Positions 39,560 through 54,400 are shown, counted from the first letter of the stretch. The stretch: DNA of 64,000 nt from Eledone cirrhosa (GCA_964016885.1 OZ024744.1:92256001-92320000); one strand, 5' to 3'. Notes: generated by a model not told the origin, from the letters alone. Translations and numbers: made by a program.

Positions 39560-42500
39560 CACTGCATCATTTTACTGGTTTCAGTCATTAGACTGTGGCC
39601 ATGCTGGGGCACTGCATTCTTTTGCTGGTTTCAATCATTGGGCTGTGGCCATACTGGTGCTCTGCATCCTTTTACTGGTTTCAGTCATTAGACTGTGGCC
39701 ATGCTGGGGCACTGCCTTCTTTTAATGGTTTCAGTCATTGGACTGTGGCCATGCTGGGGCACTGCATTCTTTTACTGGTTTCAGTCATTAGACTGTGGCC
39801 ATGCTGGGGCACTGCCTTCATTTACTGGTTTCAGTCATTGGACTGTGGCCATGCTGGGGCACTGCATTCTTTTACTGGTTTCAGTCATTAGACTGTGGCC
39901 ATGCTGGGGCACTGCATTCTTTTACTGGTTTCAGTCATTGGACTGTGGCCAAGCTGGGGCACTGCATTCTTTTACTGGTTTCAGTCATTGGACTGTGGCC
40001 ATGCTGGGGCACTGCATTCTTTTACTGGTTTCAGTCATTAGACTGTGGCCATGCTGGGGCACTGCATTCTTTTACTGGTTTCAGTCATTAGACTGTGGCC
40101 ATGCTGGGGCACTGCATTCTTCTACTGGTTTCAGTCATTGGACTGTGGCCATGCTGGGGCACTGCATTCTTTTACTGGTTTCAGTCATTAGACTGTGGCC
40201 ATGCTGGGGCACTGCATTCTTTTACTGGGTTCAGTCATTGGACTGTGGCCATGCTGGGGCACTGTATTCTTTTACTGGTTTCAGTCATTAGACTGTGGCC
40301 ATGCTGGGGCACTGCCTTCTTTTACTGGTTTCAGTCATTAGACTGTGGCCATGCATGGGCACTGCCTTCTTTTACTGGTTTCAGTCATCGGACTGTGGCC
40401 ATGCTGGGGCACTGCCTTCTTTTACTGGTTTCAGTCATTGGACTGTGGCCATGCTGGGGCACTGCATTCTTTTACTGGTTTCTGTCATTAGACTGTGGCC
40501 ATGCTGGGGCACTGCCTTCTTTTACTGGTTACAGTCATTATACTGTGGCCATGCTGGGGCACTGCTTCTTTTACTGGTTTCAGTCATTAGACTGTGGCCA
40601 TGCTGGGGCACTTTCTTCTTTTACTGGTTTCAGTCATTAGACTGTGGCCATGCTGGGGCACTGCTTCTTTTACTGGTTTCAGTTATTGGACTGTGATCAT
40701 GCTGGGGCACTGCATTCTTTTACTGGTTTCAGTCATTAGACTGTGGCCATGCTGGGGCACTGCCTTCTTTTACTGGTTTCTGTCATTAGACTGTCGCCAT
40801 GCTGGGGCACTGCCTTCTTTTAATGGTTTCAGTCATCAGACTGTGGCCATGCTGGGGCACTTTCTTCTTTTACTGGTTTCAGTCATTAGACTGTGGCCAT
40901 GCTGGGGCACTGCAGTCTTTTACTGGTTTCATTCATTAGACTGTGGCCATGCTGGGGCACTGCCTTCTTTTACTGGTTTCAGTCATTAGACTGTGGCCAT
41001 GCTGGGGCACTGCCTTCTTTTACTGGTTTCAGTCATTAGACTGTGGCCATGCTGGGGCACTGCATTCTTTTAATGGTTTCAGTCACTAGACTGTGGCCAT
41101 GCTGGGGCACTGCCTTCTCTTACTGGTTTCAGTCATTAGACTGTGGCCATGCTGGGTCAATGCATTCTTTTACTGGTTTCAGTCGTTAGACCGTGGCCAT
41201 GCTGGGGCACTGCCTTCATTTACTGGTTTCAGTCATTTGACTGTGGCCATGCTGGGGCACTGCATCCTTTTACTGGTTTCAGTCATTAGACTGTGGCCAT
41301 GCTGGGGCACTGCATTCTTTTGCTGGTTTCAATCATTGGGCTGTGGCCATACTGGTGCTCTGCATCCTTTTACTGGTTTCAGTCATTAGACTGTGGCCAT
41401 GCTGGGGCACTGCCTTCTTTTAATGGTTTCAGTCATTGGACTGTGGCCATGCTGGGGCACTGCATTCTTTTACTGGTTTCAGTCATTAGACTGTGGCCAT
41501 GCTGGGGCACTGCCTTCATTTACTGGTTTCAGTCATTGGACTGTGGCCATGCTGGGGCACTGCATTCTTTTACTGGTTTCAGTCATTAGACTGTGGCCAT
41601 GCTGGGGCACTGCATTCTTTTACTGGTTTCAGTCATTGGACTGTGGCCAAGCTGGGGCACTGCATTCTTTTACTGGTTTCAGTCATTGGACTGTGGCCAT
41701 GCTGGGGCACTGCATTCTTTTACTGGTTTCAGTCATTAGACTGTGGCCATGCTGGGGCACTGCATTCTTTTACTGGTTTCAGTCATTAGACTGTGGCCAT
41801 GCTGGGGCACTGCATTCTTCTACTGGTTTCAGTCATTGGACTGTGGCCATGCTGGGGCACTGCATTCTTTTACTGGTTTCAGTCATTAGACTGTGGCCAT
41901 GCTGGGGCACTGCATTCTTTTACTGGGTTCAGTCATTGGACTGTGGCCATGCTGGGGCACTGTATTCTTTTACTGGTTTCAGTCATTAGACTGTGGCCAT
42001 GCTGGGGCACTGCCTTCTTTTACTGGTTTCAGTCATTAGACTGTGGCCATGCATGGGCACTGCCTTCTTTTACTGGTTTCAGTCATCGGACTGTGGCCAT
42101 GCTGGGGCACTGCCTTCTTTTACTGGTTTCAGTCATTGGACTGTGGCCATGCTGGGGCACTGCATTCTTTTACTGGTTTCTGTCATTAGACTGTGGCCAT
42201 GCTGGGGCACTGACTTCTTTTACTGGTTACAGTCATTATACTGTGGCCATGCTGGGGCACTGCTTCTTTTACTGGTTTCAGTCATTAGACTGTGGCCATG
42301 CTGGGGCACTTTCTTCTTTTACTGGTTTCAGTCATTAGACTGTGGCCATGCTGGGGCACTGCTTCTTTTACTGGTTTCAGTTATTGGACTGTGATCATGC
42401 TGGGGCACTGCATTCTTTTACTGGTTTCAGTCATTAGACTGTGGCCATGCTGGGGCACTGCCTTCTTTTACTGGTTTCTGTCATTAGACTGTCGCCATGC

Positions 42501-42680
42501 TGGGGCACTGCCTTCTTTTAATGGTTTCAGTCATCAGACTGTGGCCATGCTGGGGCACTTTCTTCTTTTACTGGTTTCAGTCATTAGACTGTGGCCATGC
42601 TGGGGCACTGCAGTCTTTTACTGGTTTCATTCATTAGACTGTGGCCATGCTGGGGCACTGCCTTCTTTTACTGGTTTCAG
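39560..42680. repeat. 1,698-bp (34-monomer) period duplication
   Basis: Offset 1698: 39595/41293, 40095/41793, 40594/42292, with shared private variants CCAAGCTG, CTGGGTTC, ATGCATGGG and CATCGGAC. Confidence 0.9.
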
Positions 42681-45600
42681 TCATTGGACTGTGGCCATGC
42701 TGTGGCACTGCCTTCTTTTACTGGTTTCAGTTATTGGACTGTGGCCATGCTGGGGCACTGCATTCTTTTACTGGTTTCTGTCATTAGACTGTGGCCATGC
42801 TGGGGCACTGCCTTCTTTTACTGGTTTCTGTCATTAGACTATGGCCATGCTGGGGCACTGCAGTCTTTTACTGGTTTCAGTCATTGGACTGTGGCCATGC
42901 TGGGGCACTGCATTCTTTTACTGGTTTCAGTCATTGGACCGTGGCCATGCTGGGGCACTGCATTCTTTTACTGGTTTCAGTCATTAGACTGTGGCCATGC
43001 TGGGGCACTGCCTTTTTTTACTGGTTTCTGTCATTAGACTGTGGCCATGCTGGAGCACTGCCTTCTTTTACTGGTTTCAGTCATTGGACTGTGGCCATGC
43101 TGGGGCACTGCATTCTTTTACTGGTTTCAGTCATTAGACTGTGGCCATGCTGGGGCACTGCCTTCTTTTACTGGTTTCAGTCATCAGACTGTGGCCATGC
43201 TGGGCACTGCCTTCTTTTACTGGTTTCTGTCATTAGACTGTGGCCATGCTGGGGCACTGCCTTCTTTTACTGGTTTCAGTCATTGGACTGTGGCCATGCT
43301 GGGGCACTGCATTCTTTTACTGGTTTCAGTCATTAGACTGTGGCCATGCTGGGGCACTGCCTTCTTTTACTGGTTTCAGTCATTGGACTGTGGCCATACT
43401 GGGGCACTGCCTTCGTTTACTGGTTTCAGTCATTAGACTGTGGCCATGCTGGGGCACTGCCTTCTTTTACTGGTTTCAGTCATTGGACTGTGGCCATGCT
43501 GGGGCACTGCATTCTTTTACTGGTTTCAGTCATTAGACTGTGGCCATACTGGGGCACTGCCTTCGTTTACTGGTTTCAGTCATTAGACTGTGGCCATGCT
43601 GGGGCACTGCCTTCTTTTACTGGTTTCAGTCATTGGACTGTGGCCATGCTGGGGCACTGCATTCTTTTACTGGTTTCAGTCATTGGACTGTGGCCATGCT
43701 GGGGCACTGCATTCTTTTACTGGTTTCAGTCATTGGACTGTGGCCATGCTGGGGCACTGCATTCTTTTACTGGTTCAGTCATTGGACTGCGGCCATGCTG
43801 GGGCACTGCCTTCTTTTACTGGTTTCAGTCATTGGACTGTGGCCATGCTGGGGCACAGCCTTCTTTTACTGGTTTCAGTCCGTAGACTGTGACCATGATG
43901 GGGCACTGCCTCCTTTTACTGGTTTCAGTCATTGGAGTGTGGCCATGCTGGAGCACTGCCTTCTTTTACTGGTTTCAGTCATTAGACTGTGGCCATGCTG
44001 TGGCGCTGCCTTCTTTTACTGGTTTCTGTCATTAGACTGTGGCCATGCTGGGGCACTGCCTTCTTTTACTGGTTTCAGTCATTAGACAGTGGCCATGCTG
44101 TGGCGCTGCCTTCTTTTACTGGTTTCTGTCATTAGACTGTGGCCATGCTGGGGCACTGCATTCTTTTAGTGGTTTCAGTCATTAGACTGTGGCTATGCTG
44201 GGGCACTGCCTACTTTTACTGGTTTCAGTCATTGGACTGTGGCCATGCTGGAGCACTGCCTTCTCTTACTGGTTTCAGTCATTAGATTGTGGCCATGCTG
44301 TGGCACTGCCTTCTTTTACTGGTTTCTGTCATTAGACTGTGGCCATGCTGGGGCATTGCCTTCTTTTACTGGTTTCTGTCATTAGACTGTGGCCATGCTG
44401 GGGCAATGCATTCTTTTACTGGTTTCAGTCGTAAGACTGTGGCCATGCTGGGGCACTGCCTTCTTTTACTGGTTTCAGTCATTAGACTGTGGCCATGCTG
44501 GGGCACTGCATTCTTTTGCTGGTTTCTGTCATTTGACTGTGGCCATGCTGGGTCACTGCATTCTTTTACTGGTTTCAGTCATTGGACTGCAGCCATGCTG
44601 GGGCACTGCCTTCTTTTACTGGTTTCTGTCATTAGACTGTGGCCATGCTGGGGCACTCCCTTCTTTTACTGGTTTCAGTCATTAGACTGTAGCCATGCTG
44701 GGGCACTGCCTTCTTTTACTGGTTTCAGTCATTAGGCTGTGGCCATGCTGGGGCACTGCCTTCTTTTACTGGTTTCAGTCATTGGACTGTGGCCATGCTG
44801 GGGCACTGCCTTCTTTTACTGGTTTCAGTCATTAGACTGTGGCCATGCTGGAGCACTGCATTCTTTTACTGGTTTCAGTCATTAGACTCTAGCCATGCTG
44901 GGGCACTGCATTCTTTTACTGGTTTCAGTCGTTAGACTCTGGCCATGCTTGGGCACTGCCTTCTATTACTGGTTTCAGTTACTAGTCTGTGGCCATGCTG
45001 GGGCACTGCCTTCTTTTACTGGTTTCTGTCATTAGACTGTGGCCATGCTGGGGCACTCCCTTCTTTTACTGGTTTCAATCATTGGACTGTGGCCATGCTG
45101 GGGCACTGCCTACTTTTACTGGTTTCAGTCATAAGACTGTGGCCATGCTGGGGCACTGCCTTCTTTTACTGGTTTCAGTCATTAGACTGTGGCCATGCTG
45201 TGGCACTGCATTCTTTTACTGGTTTCAGTCATTGGACTGTGGCCATGCTGGGGCACTGCCTTCTTTTACTGGTTTCAGTCATTGGACTGTGGCCATGCTG
45301 GGGCACTGCCTTCTTTTACTGGTTTCAGTCATTGGACTGTGGCCATGCTGGGGCACTGCCTTCTTTTACTGGTTTCAGTCATTAGTCTGTGGCCATGCTG
45401 GAGCACTGCCTTCTTTTACTGGTTTCAGTCATTAGACTGTGGCTATGCTGGGGCACTGCCTACTTTTACTGGTTTCAGTCATTGGACTGTGGCCATGCTT
45501 GGACACTGCCTTCTTTTACTGGTTTCTGTCATTAGACTGTGGCGATGCTGGGGCACTGCCTTCTTTTACTGGTTTCAGTCATTAGACTGTGGCCATGCTG

Positions 45601-48499
45601 GAGCACTGCCTTCTTTTACTGGTTTCAGTCATTAGACTGTGGCCATGCTGTGGCACTGCCTTCTTTTACTGGTTTCTGTCATTAGACTGTGGCTATGCTG
45701 GGGCACTGCCTACTTTTACTGGTTTCAGTCATTGGACTGTGGCCATGCTGGAGCACTGCCTTCTTTTACTGGTTTCAGTCATTAGACTGTGGCCATGCTG
45801 TGGCACTGCCTTCTTTTACTGGTTTCTGTCATTAGACTGTGGCCATGCTGGGGCACTGCCTTCTTTTACTGGTTTCAGTCATTAGACTGTGGCCATGCTG
45901 GGGCACTGCCTTCTTTTACTGGTTTCAGTCATGGGACTGTGGCCATGCTGGGGCACTGCCTTCTTTTACTGGTTTTAGTCATTGGACTGTGGCCATGCTG
46001 GGGCACTGCATTCTTTTACTGGTTTCTGTCATTGGACTGTAGCCCTGCTGGGGCACTGCCTTCTTTTACTGGTTCAGTCATTGGACTGCGGCCATGCTGG
46101 GGCACTGCCTTCTTTTACTGGTTTCAGTCATTGGACTGTGGCCATGCTGGGGCACTGCCTTCTTTTACTGGTTTCAGTCCGTAGACTGTGGCCATGATGG
46201 GGCACTGCCTCCTTTTACTGGTTTCAGTCATTGGAGTGTGGCCATGCTGGAGCACTGCCTTCTTTTACTGGTTTCAGTCATTAGACTGTGGCCATGCTGT
46301 GGCGCTGCCTTCTTTTACTGGTTTCTGTCATTAGACTGTGGCCATGCTGGGGCACTGCCTTCTTTTACTGGTTTCAGTCATTAGACTGTGGCCATGCTGT
46401 GCCGCTGCCTTCTTTTACTGGTTTCTGTCATTAGACTGTGGCCATGCTGGGGCACTGCATTCTTTTAGTGGTTTCAGTCATTAGACTGTGGCGATGCTGG
46501 GGCACTGCCTTCTTTTACTGGTTTCAGTCATTAGACTGTGGCCATGCTGGGGCACTGCCTTCTTTTACTGGTTTCAGTCATTTGACTGTGGCCATGCTGG
46601 GGCACTGCCTTCTTTTACTGGTTTCAGTCATTAGACTGTGGCCATGCTGGGGCACTGCCTCCTTTTACTGGTTTCAGTCATTGGAGTGTGGCCATGCTGG
46701 GGCACTGCATTCTTTTACTGGTTTCAGTCATTGGACTGTGGCCATGCTGGGGCACTGCATTCTATTACTGGTTTCAGTCATTAGACTGTGGCCATGCTGG
46801 GGCACTGTCTTCTTTTACTGGTTTCAGTCATTGGACTGTGGCCATGCTGGGGCACTGCCTTCTTTTACTGGTTTCAGTCATTGGACTGTGGCCATGCTGG
46901 GGCACTGCCTTCTTTTACTGGTTTCAGTCATTGGACTGTGGCCATGCTGGGGCACTGCCTTCTTTTACTGGTTTCAGTCATTAGACTGTGGCCATGCTGG
47001 GGCACTGCATTCTTTTAATGGTTTCAGTCATTAGACTGTGGCCATGCTGGGGCACTGCCTTCTCTTACTGGTTTCAGTCATTAGACTGTGGCCATGCTGG
47101 GGCAATGCATTCTTTTACTGGTTTCAGTCGTTAGACTGTGGCCATGCTGGGGCACTGCCTTCATTTACTGCTTTCAGTCATTTGACTGTGGCCATGCTGG
47201 GGCACTGCATTCTTTTACTGGTTTCACTCATTTGACTGTGGCCATGCTGGGTCACTGCATTCTTTTACTGGTTTCAGTCATTGGACTGTGGCCATGCTGG
47301 GGCACTGCATTCTTTTACTGGTTTCTGTCATTGGATTGTGGCCATACTGGGGCACTGCCTTCTTTTACTGGTTTCAGTCATTGGACTCTGGCCATGCTGG
47401 GGCACTGCATTCTCTTACTGGTTTCAGTCATTAGACTGTGGCCATACTGGGGCACTGCCTTCTTTTACTGGTTTCAGTCATTAGACTGTGGTCATGCTGG
47501 GGCACTGCATTCTTTTACTGGTTTCTGTCATTGGACTGTGGCCATACTGGGGCACTGCCTTCTTTTACTGGTTTCAGTCATTAGACTGTGGCCATACTGG
47601 GGCACTGCCTTCTTTTACTGGTTTCAGTCATTAGACTGTGGTCATGCTGGGGCACTGCCTTCTTTTACTGGTTTCTGTCATTGGACTGTGGCTATGCTGG
47701 GGCACTGCCTTCTTTTACTGGTTTCAGTCATTGGACTGTGGCCAAGCTGGGGCACTGTCTTCTTTTACTGGTTTCAGTCATTGGACTGTGGCCATGCTGG
47801 GGCACTGTCTTCTTTTACTGGTTTCAGTCATTGGACTGTGGCCATGCTGGGGCACTGCCTTCTTTTACTGGTTTCAGTCATTGGACTGTGGCCATGCTGG
47901 TGCACTGCCTTCTTTTACTGGTTTCAGTCATTGGACTGTGGCCATGCTGGGGCACTGCCTTCTTTTACTGGTTTCAGTCATTGGACTGTGGCCATGCTGG
48001 GGCACTGCCTTCTTTTACTGGTATCAGTCATTGGACTGCGGCCATGTCGGGGCACTGCCTTCTTTTACTGGTTCAGTCACTGGACTGCGGCCATGCTGGG
48101 GCATTGCCTTCTTTTACTGGTTTCAGTCATTGGACTGTGGCCATGCTGGGGCACTGCCTTCTTTTACTGGTTTCAGTCCGTAGACTGTGGCCATGATGGG
48201 GCACTGCCTCCTTTTACTGGTTTCAGTCATTGGAGTGTGGCCATGCTGGAGCACTGCCTACTTTTACTGGTTTCAGTCATTAGACTGTGGCCATGCTGTG
48301 GCACTGCCTTCTTTTACTGGTTTCTGTCATTAGACTGTGGCCATGCTGGGGCACTGCATTCTTTTAGTGGTTTCAGTCATTAGACTGTGGCCATGCTGGG
48401 GCACTGCCTTCTTTTACTGGTTTCAGTCATTAGACTGTGGCCATACTGGGGCACTGCATTCTTTTAGTGGTTTCAGTCATTAGACTGTGGCCATGCTGG

Positions 48500-51400
48500 A
48501 GCACTGTCTTCTTTTACTGGTTTCAGTCATTGGACTGTGGCCATGCTGGGGCACTGCCTTCCTTTACTGGTTTCAGTCATTAGATTGTGGCCATGCTGGG
48601 GCACTGCCTCCTTTTACTGGTTTCAGTCATTGGACTGTGGCCATGCTGGGGCACTGCATTCTATTACTGGTTTCAGTCATTGGACTGTGGCCATGCTGGG
48701 GCACTGCATTCTATTACTGGTTTCAGTCATTAGACTGTGGCCATGCTGGGGCACTGTCTTCTTTTACTGGTTTCAGTCATTGGACTGTGGCCATGCTGGG
48801 GCACTGCCTTCTTTTACTGGTTTCAGTCATTGGACTGTGGCCATGCTGGGGCACTGCCTTCTTTTACTGGTTTCAGTCATTGGACTGTGGCCATGCTGGG
48901 GCACTGCCTTCTTTTACTGGTTTCAGTCATTAGACTGTGGCCATGCTGGGGCACTGCATTCTTTTAATGGTTTCAGTCATTAGACTGTGGCCATGCTGGG
49001 GCACTGCCTTCTCTTACTGGTTTCAGTCATTAGACTGTGGCCATGCTGGGGCAATGCTTTCTTTTACTGGTTTCAGTCGTTAGACTGTGGCCATGCTGGG
49101 GCACTGCCTTCATTTACTGGTTTCAGTCATTTGACTGTGGCCATGCTGTGGCACTGCATTCTTTTACTGGTTTCTCTCATTTGACTGTGGCCATGCTGGG
49201 TCACTGCATTCTTTTACTGGTTTCAGTCATTGGACTGTAGCCATGCTGGGGTACTGCCTTCTTTTACTAGTTTCAGTCATTAGACTGTGGCCATGCTGGG
49301 GCACTGCCTTCTTTTACTGGTTTCAGTCATTAGACTGTAGACATGCTGGGGCACTGCCTTCTTTTACTGGTTTCAGTCATTAGACTGTGGCCATGCTGGG
49401 GCACTGCCTTCTTTTACTGGTTTCAGTCATTGGACTGTGGCTATGCTGGGGCACTGCATTCTTTTACTGGTTTCAGTCATTGGACTGTAGCCATGCTGGG
49501 ACTCAGCATTCTTTTACTGGTTTCAGTCATTGGACTGTGGCCATGCTGGAGCACTGCATTCTTTTACTGGTTTCAGTCATTAGACTCAGGCTATGCTGGG
49601 CACTGCATTGTTTTACTGGTTTCAGTCATTAGACTCTGGCCATGCTTGGGCACTGCCTTCTTTTACTGGTTTCAGTCCTTGGACTGTGGCCATGCTGGGG
49701 CACTGCATCCTTTTACTGGTTTCAGTCATTAGACTGTGGCCATGCTGGGGCACTGCATTCTTTTGCTGGTTTCAATCATTGGGCTGTGGCCATGCTGGTG
49801 CTCTGCATCCTTTTACTGGTTTCAGTCATTAGACTGTGGCCATGCTGGGGCACTGCCTTCTTTTAATGGTTTTAGTCATTGGACTGTGGCCATGTTGGGG
49901 CACTGCATTATTTTACTGGTTTCAGTCATTGGACTGTGGCCATGCTGGGGCACTGCATCCTTTTACTGGTTTCAGTCATTAAACTGTGGCCATGCTGGGG
50001 CACTGCATTCTTTTACTGTTTCAGTCATTAGACTGTGGCCATGCTGGGGCACTGCCTTCTTTTAATGGTTTTAATCATTGGACTGTGGCCATGTTGGGGC
50101 ACTGCATTATTTTACTGGTTTCAGTCATTGGACTGTGGCCATGTTGGGGCACTGCATCCTTTTACTGGTTTCAGTCATTAGACTGTGGCCATGCTGGGGC
50201 ACTGCGTTCTTTTACTGGTTTCAGTCATTACACTGTGGCCATGCTGGGGCACTGTCTTCGTTTACTAGTTTCAGTCATTAGACTGTGGCCATGCTGGGGC
50301 ACTGCCTTCTTTTACTGGTTTCTGTCATTAGACTGTGGCCATGCTGGGGCACTGCCTTCTTTTACTGGTTTCAGTCATTGGACTGTGGCCATGCTGGGGC
50401 ACTGCATTCTTTTACTGGTTTCAGTCATTGGACTGTGGCCATGCGGGGACACTGTCTTCTTTTACTGGTTTCTGTCATTAGACTGTGGCCATGCTGGGGC
50501 ACTGCCTTCTTTTACTGGTTTCAGTCATTGGAATGTGGCCATGCTGGGGCACAGCATTCTTTTACCGGTTTCAGTCATTGGAATGTGGCCATGCTGGGGC
50601 ACTGCATTCTTTTACTGGTTTCAGTCATTGGACTGTAGCCATGCTGGGGCACTGCCTTCTTTTACTGGTTTCAGTCATAAAACTGTGGCCATGCTGGGGC
50701 ACTGCATTCTTGGACTGGTTTATGTCATTTGACTGTGGCCATGCTGGGGCACTGCATTCTTTTACTGGTTTCAGTCATTAGACTCTGGCCATGCAGGGGC
50801 ACTGAATTCTTTTACTGGTTTCAGTCATTGGAATGTGGTCATGCTGGGGCACTGCATTCTTTTACCGGTTTCAATCATTGGAATGTGGCCATGCTGGGGC
50901 ACTGCATTCTTTTACTGGTTTCAGTCATTGGACTGTAGCCATGCTGGGGCACTGCCTTCTTTTACTGGTTTCAGTCATAAGACTGTGGCCATGCTGGGGC
51001 AATGCATTCTTGGACTGGTTTCTGTCGTTTGACTGTGGCCATGCTGGAGCACTGCATTCTTTTACTGGTTTCAGTCATTGGACTGTGGCCATGCTGTGGC
51101 ACTGCCTTCTTTTACTGGTTTCAGTCATTAGACTCTGGCCATGCTTGGGCACTGCCTTCTTTTACTGGTTTCAGTTACTAGTCTGTGGCCATGCTGGGGC
51201 ACTGCCTTCTTTTACTGGTTTCTGTCATTGGACTGTGGCCATGCTGGGGCACTGCATTCTTTTACTGGTTTCAGTCATAAGACTGTGGCCATGCTGGGGC
51301 ACTGCCTTCTTTTACTGGTTTCAGTCATTAGACTGTGGCCATGCTGTGGCACTACATTCTTTTACTGGTTTCAGTCATTAGACTGTGGCCATGCTGTGGC

Positions 51401-54400
51401 ACTACATTCTTTTACTGGTTTCAGTCATTGGACTGTGGCCATGCTGGGGCACTGCCTTCTTTTACTGGTTTCAGTCATTGGACTGTGGCCATGCTGGGGC
51501 ACTGCCTTCTTTTACTGGTTTCAGTCATTGGACTGTGGCCATGCTGGGGCACTGCCTTCTTTTACTGGTTTCAGTCATTAGACTGTGGCCATGCTGGAGC
51601 ACTGCCTTCTTTTACTGGTTTCAGTCATTAGACTGTGGCTAAGCTGGGGCACTGCCTACTTTTACTGGTTTCAGTCATTGGACTGTGGCCATGCTGGGGC
51701 ACTGCCTTCTTTTACTGGTTTCTGTCATTAGACTGTGGCCATTCTGGGGCACTGCCCTCTTTTACTGGTTTCAGTCATTAGACTGTGGCCATGCTGGGGC
51801 GCTGCCTTCTTTTACTGGTTTCAGTCATTAGACTGTGGCTATGCTGGGGTACTGCCTACTTTTACTGGTTTCAGTCATTGGACTGTGGCCATGCTGGAGC
51901 ACTGCCTTCTCTTACTGGTTTCAGTCATTAGATTGTGGCCATGCTGTGGCACTGCCTTCTTTTACTGGTTTCTGTCATTAGACTGTGGCCATGCTGGGGC
52001 ACTGCCTTCTTTTACTGGTTTCTGTCATTAGACTGTGGCCATGCTGGGGCAATGCATTCTTTTACTGGTTTCAGTCGTAAGACTGTGGCCATGCTGGGGC
52101 ACTGCCTTCTTTTACTGGTTTCAGTCATTAGACAGTGGCCATGCTGGGGCACTGCATTCTTTTGCTGCTTTCTGTCATTTGACTGTGGCCATGCTGGGTC
52201 ACTGCATTCTTTTACTGGTTTCAGTCATTGGACTGAAGCCATGCTGGGGCACTGCCTTCTTTTACTGGTTTCTGTCATTAGACTGTGGCCATGCTGGGGC
52301 ACTCCCTTCTTTTACTGGTTTCAGTCATTAGACTGTAGCCATGCTGGGGCACTGCCTTCTTTTACTGGTTTCAGTCATTAGGCTGTGGCCATGCTGGGGC
52401 ACTGCCTTCTTTTACTGGTTTCAGTCATTGGACTGCGGCCATGCTGGGGCACTGCCTTCTTTTACTGGTTTCAGTCATTAGACTGTGGCCATGCTGGAGC
52501 ACTGCATTCTTTTACTGGTTTCAGTCATTGGACTGTGGCCATGTTGGGACACTGCCTTCTTTTACTGGTTTCTGTCATTAGACTGTGGCGATGCTGGGGC
52601 ACTGCCTTCTTTTACTGGTTTCAGTCATTAGACTGTGGCCATGCTGGAGCACTGCCTTCTTTTACTGGTTTCAGTCATTAGACTGTGGCCATGCTGTGGC
52701 ACTGCCTTCTTTTACTGGTTTCTGTCATTAGACTGTGGCTATGCTGGGGCACTGCCTACTTTTACTGGTTTCAGTCATTGGACTGTGGCCATGCTGGAGC
52801 ACTGCCTTCTTTTACTGGTTTCAGTCATTAGACTGTGGCCATGCTGGTGCACTGTCTTCTTTTACTGGTTTCAGTCATTGGACTGTGGCCATGCTGGGGC
52901 ACTGCCTTCCTTTACTGGTTTCAGTCATTAGATTGTGGCCATGCTGGGGCACTGCCTGCTTTTACTGGTTTCAGTCATTGGACTGTGGCCATGCTGGGGC
53001 ACTGCATTCTATTACTGGTTTCAGTCATTGGACTGTGGCCATGCTGGGGCACTGCATTCTATTACTGGTTTCAGTCATTAGACTGTGGCCATGCTGGGGC
53101 ACTGTCTTCTTTTACTGGTTTCAGTCATTGGACTGTGGCCATGCTGGGGCACTGCCTTCTTTTACTGGTTTCAGTCATTGGACTGTGGCCATGCTGGGGC
53201 ACTGCCTTCTTTTACTGGTTTCAGTCATTGGACTGTGGCCATGCTGGGGCACTGCCTTCTTTTACTGGTTTCAGTCATTAGACTGTGGCCATGCTGGGGC
53301 ACTGCATTCTTTTAATGGTTTCAGTCATTAGACTGTGGCCATGCTGGGGCACTGCCTTCTCTTACTGGTTTCAGTCATTAGACTGTGGCCATGCTGGGGC
53401 AATGCATTCTTTTACTGGTTTCAGTCGTTAGACTGTGGCCATGCTGGGGCACTGCCTTCATTTACTGGTTTCAGTCATTTGACTGTGGCCATGCTGTGGC
53501 ACTGCATTCTTTTACTGGTTTCTCTCATTTGACTGTGGCCATGCTGGGTCACTGCATTCTTTTACTGGTTTCAGTCATTGGACTGTAGCCATGCTGGGGT
53601 ACTGCCTTCTTTTACTAGTTTCAGTCATTAGACTGTGGCCATGCTGGGGCACTGCCTTGTTTACTGGTTTCAGTCATTAGACTGTAGACATGCTGGGGCA
53701 CTGCCTTCTTTTACTGGTTTCAGTCATTAGACTGTGGCCATGCTGGGGCACTGCCTTCTTTTACTGGTTTCAGTCATTGGACTGTGGCTATGCTGGGGCA
53801 CTGCATTCTTTTACTGGTTTCAGTCATTGGACTGTAGCCATGCTGGGACACAGCATTCTTTTACTGGTTTCAGTCATTGGACTGTGGCCATGCTGGAGCA
53901 CTGCATTCTTTTACTGGTTTCAGTCATTAGACTCTGGCCATGCAGGGGCACTGAATTCTTTTACTGGTTTCAGTCATTGGAATGTGGTCATGCTGGGGCA
54001 CTGCATTCTTTTACCGGTTTCAATCATTGGAATGTGGCCATGCTGGGGCACTGCATTCTTTTACTGGTTTCAGTCATTGGACTGTAGCCATGCTGGGGCA
54101 CTGCCTTCTTTTACTGGTTTCAGTCATAAGACTGTGGCCATGCTGGGGCAATGCATTCTTGGACTGGTTTCTGTCGTTTGACTGTGGCCATGCTGGAGCA
54201 CTGCATTCTTTTACTGGTTTCAGTCATTGGACTGTGGCCATGCTGGGGCACTGCATTCTTTTACTGGTTTCAGTCATTGGACTGTGGCCATGCGGGGACA
54301 CTGTCTTCTTTTACTGGTTTCTGTCATTAGACTGTGGCCATGCTGGGGCACTGCCTTCTTTTACTGGTTTCAGTCATTGGAATGTGGCCATGCTGGGGCA

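Noticed and set aside
47088-48383. Longest ORF (431 aa)
   Set aside because: It results from a local run of non-A alleles at the TAG/TGG site plus a frame-shifting deletion. It has no unique domain or coding signature.
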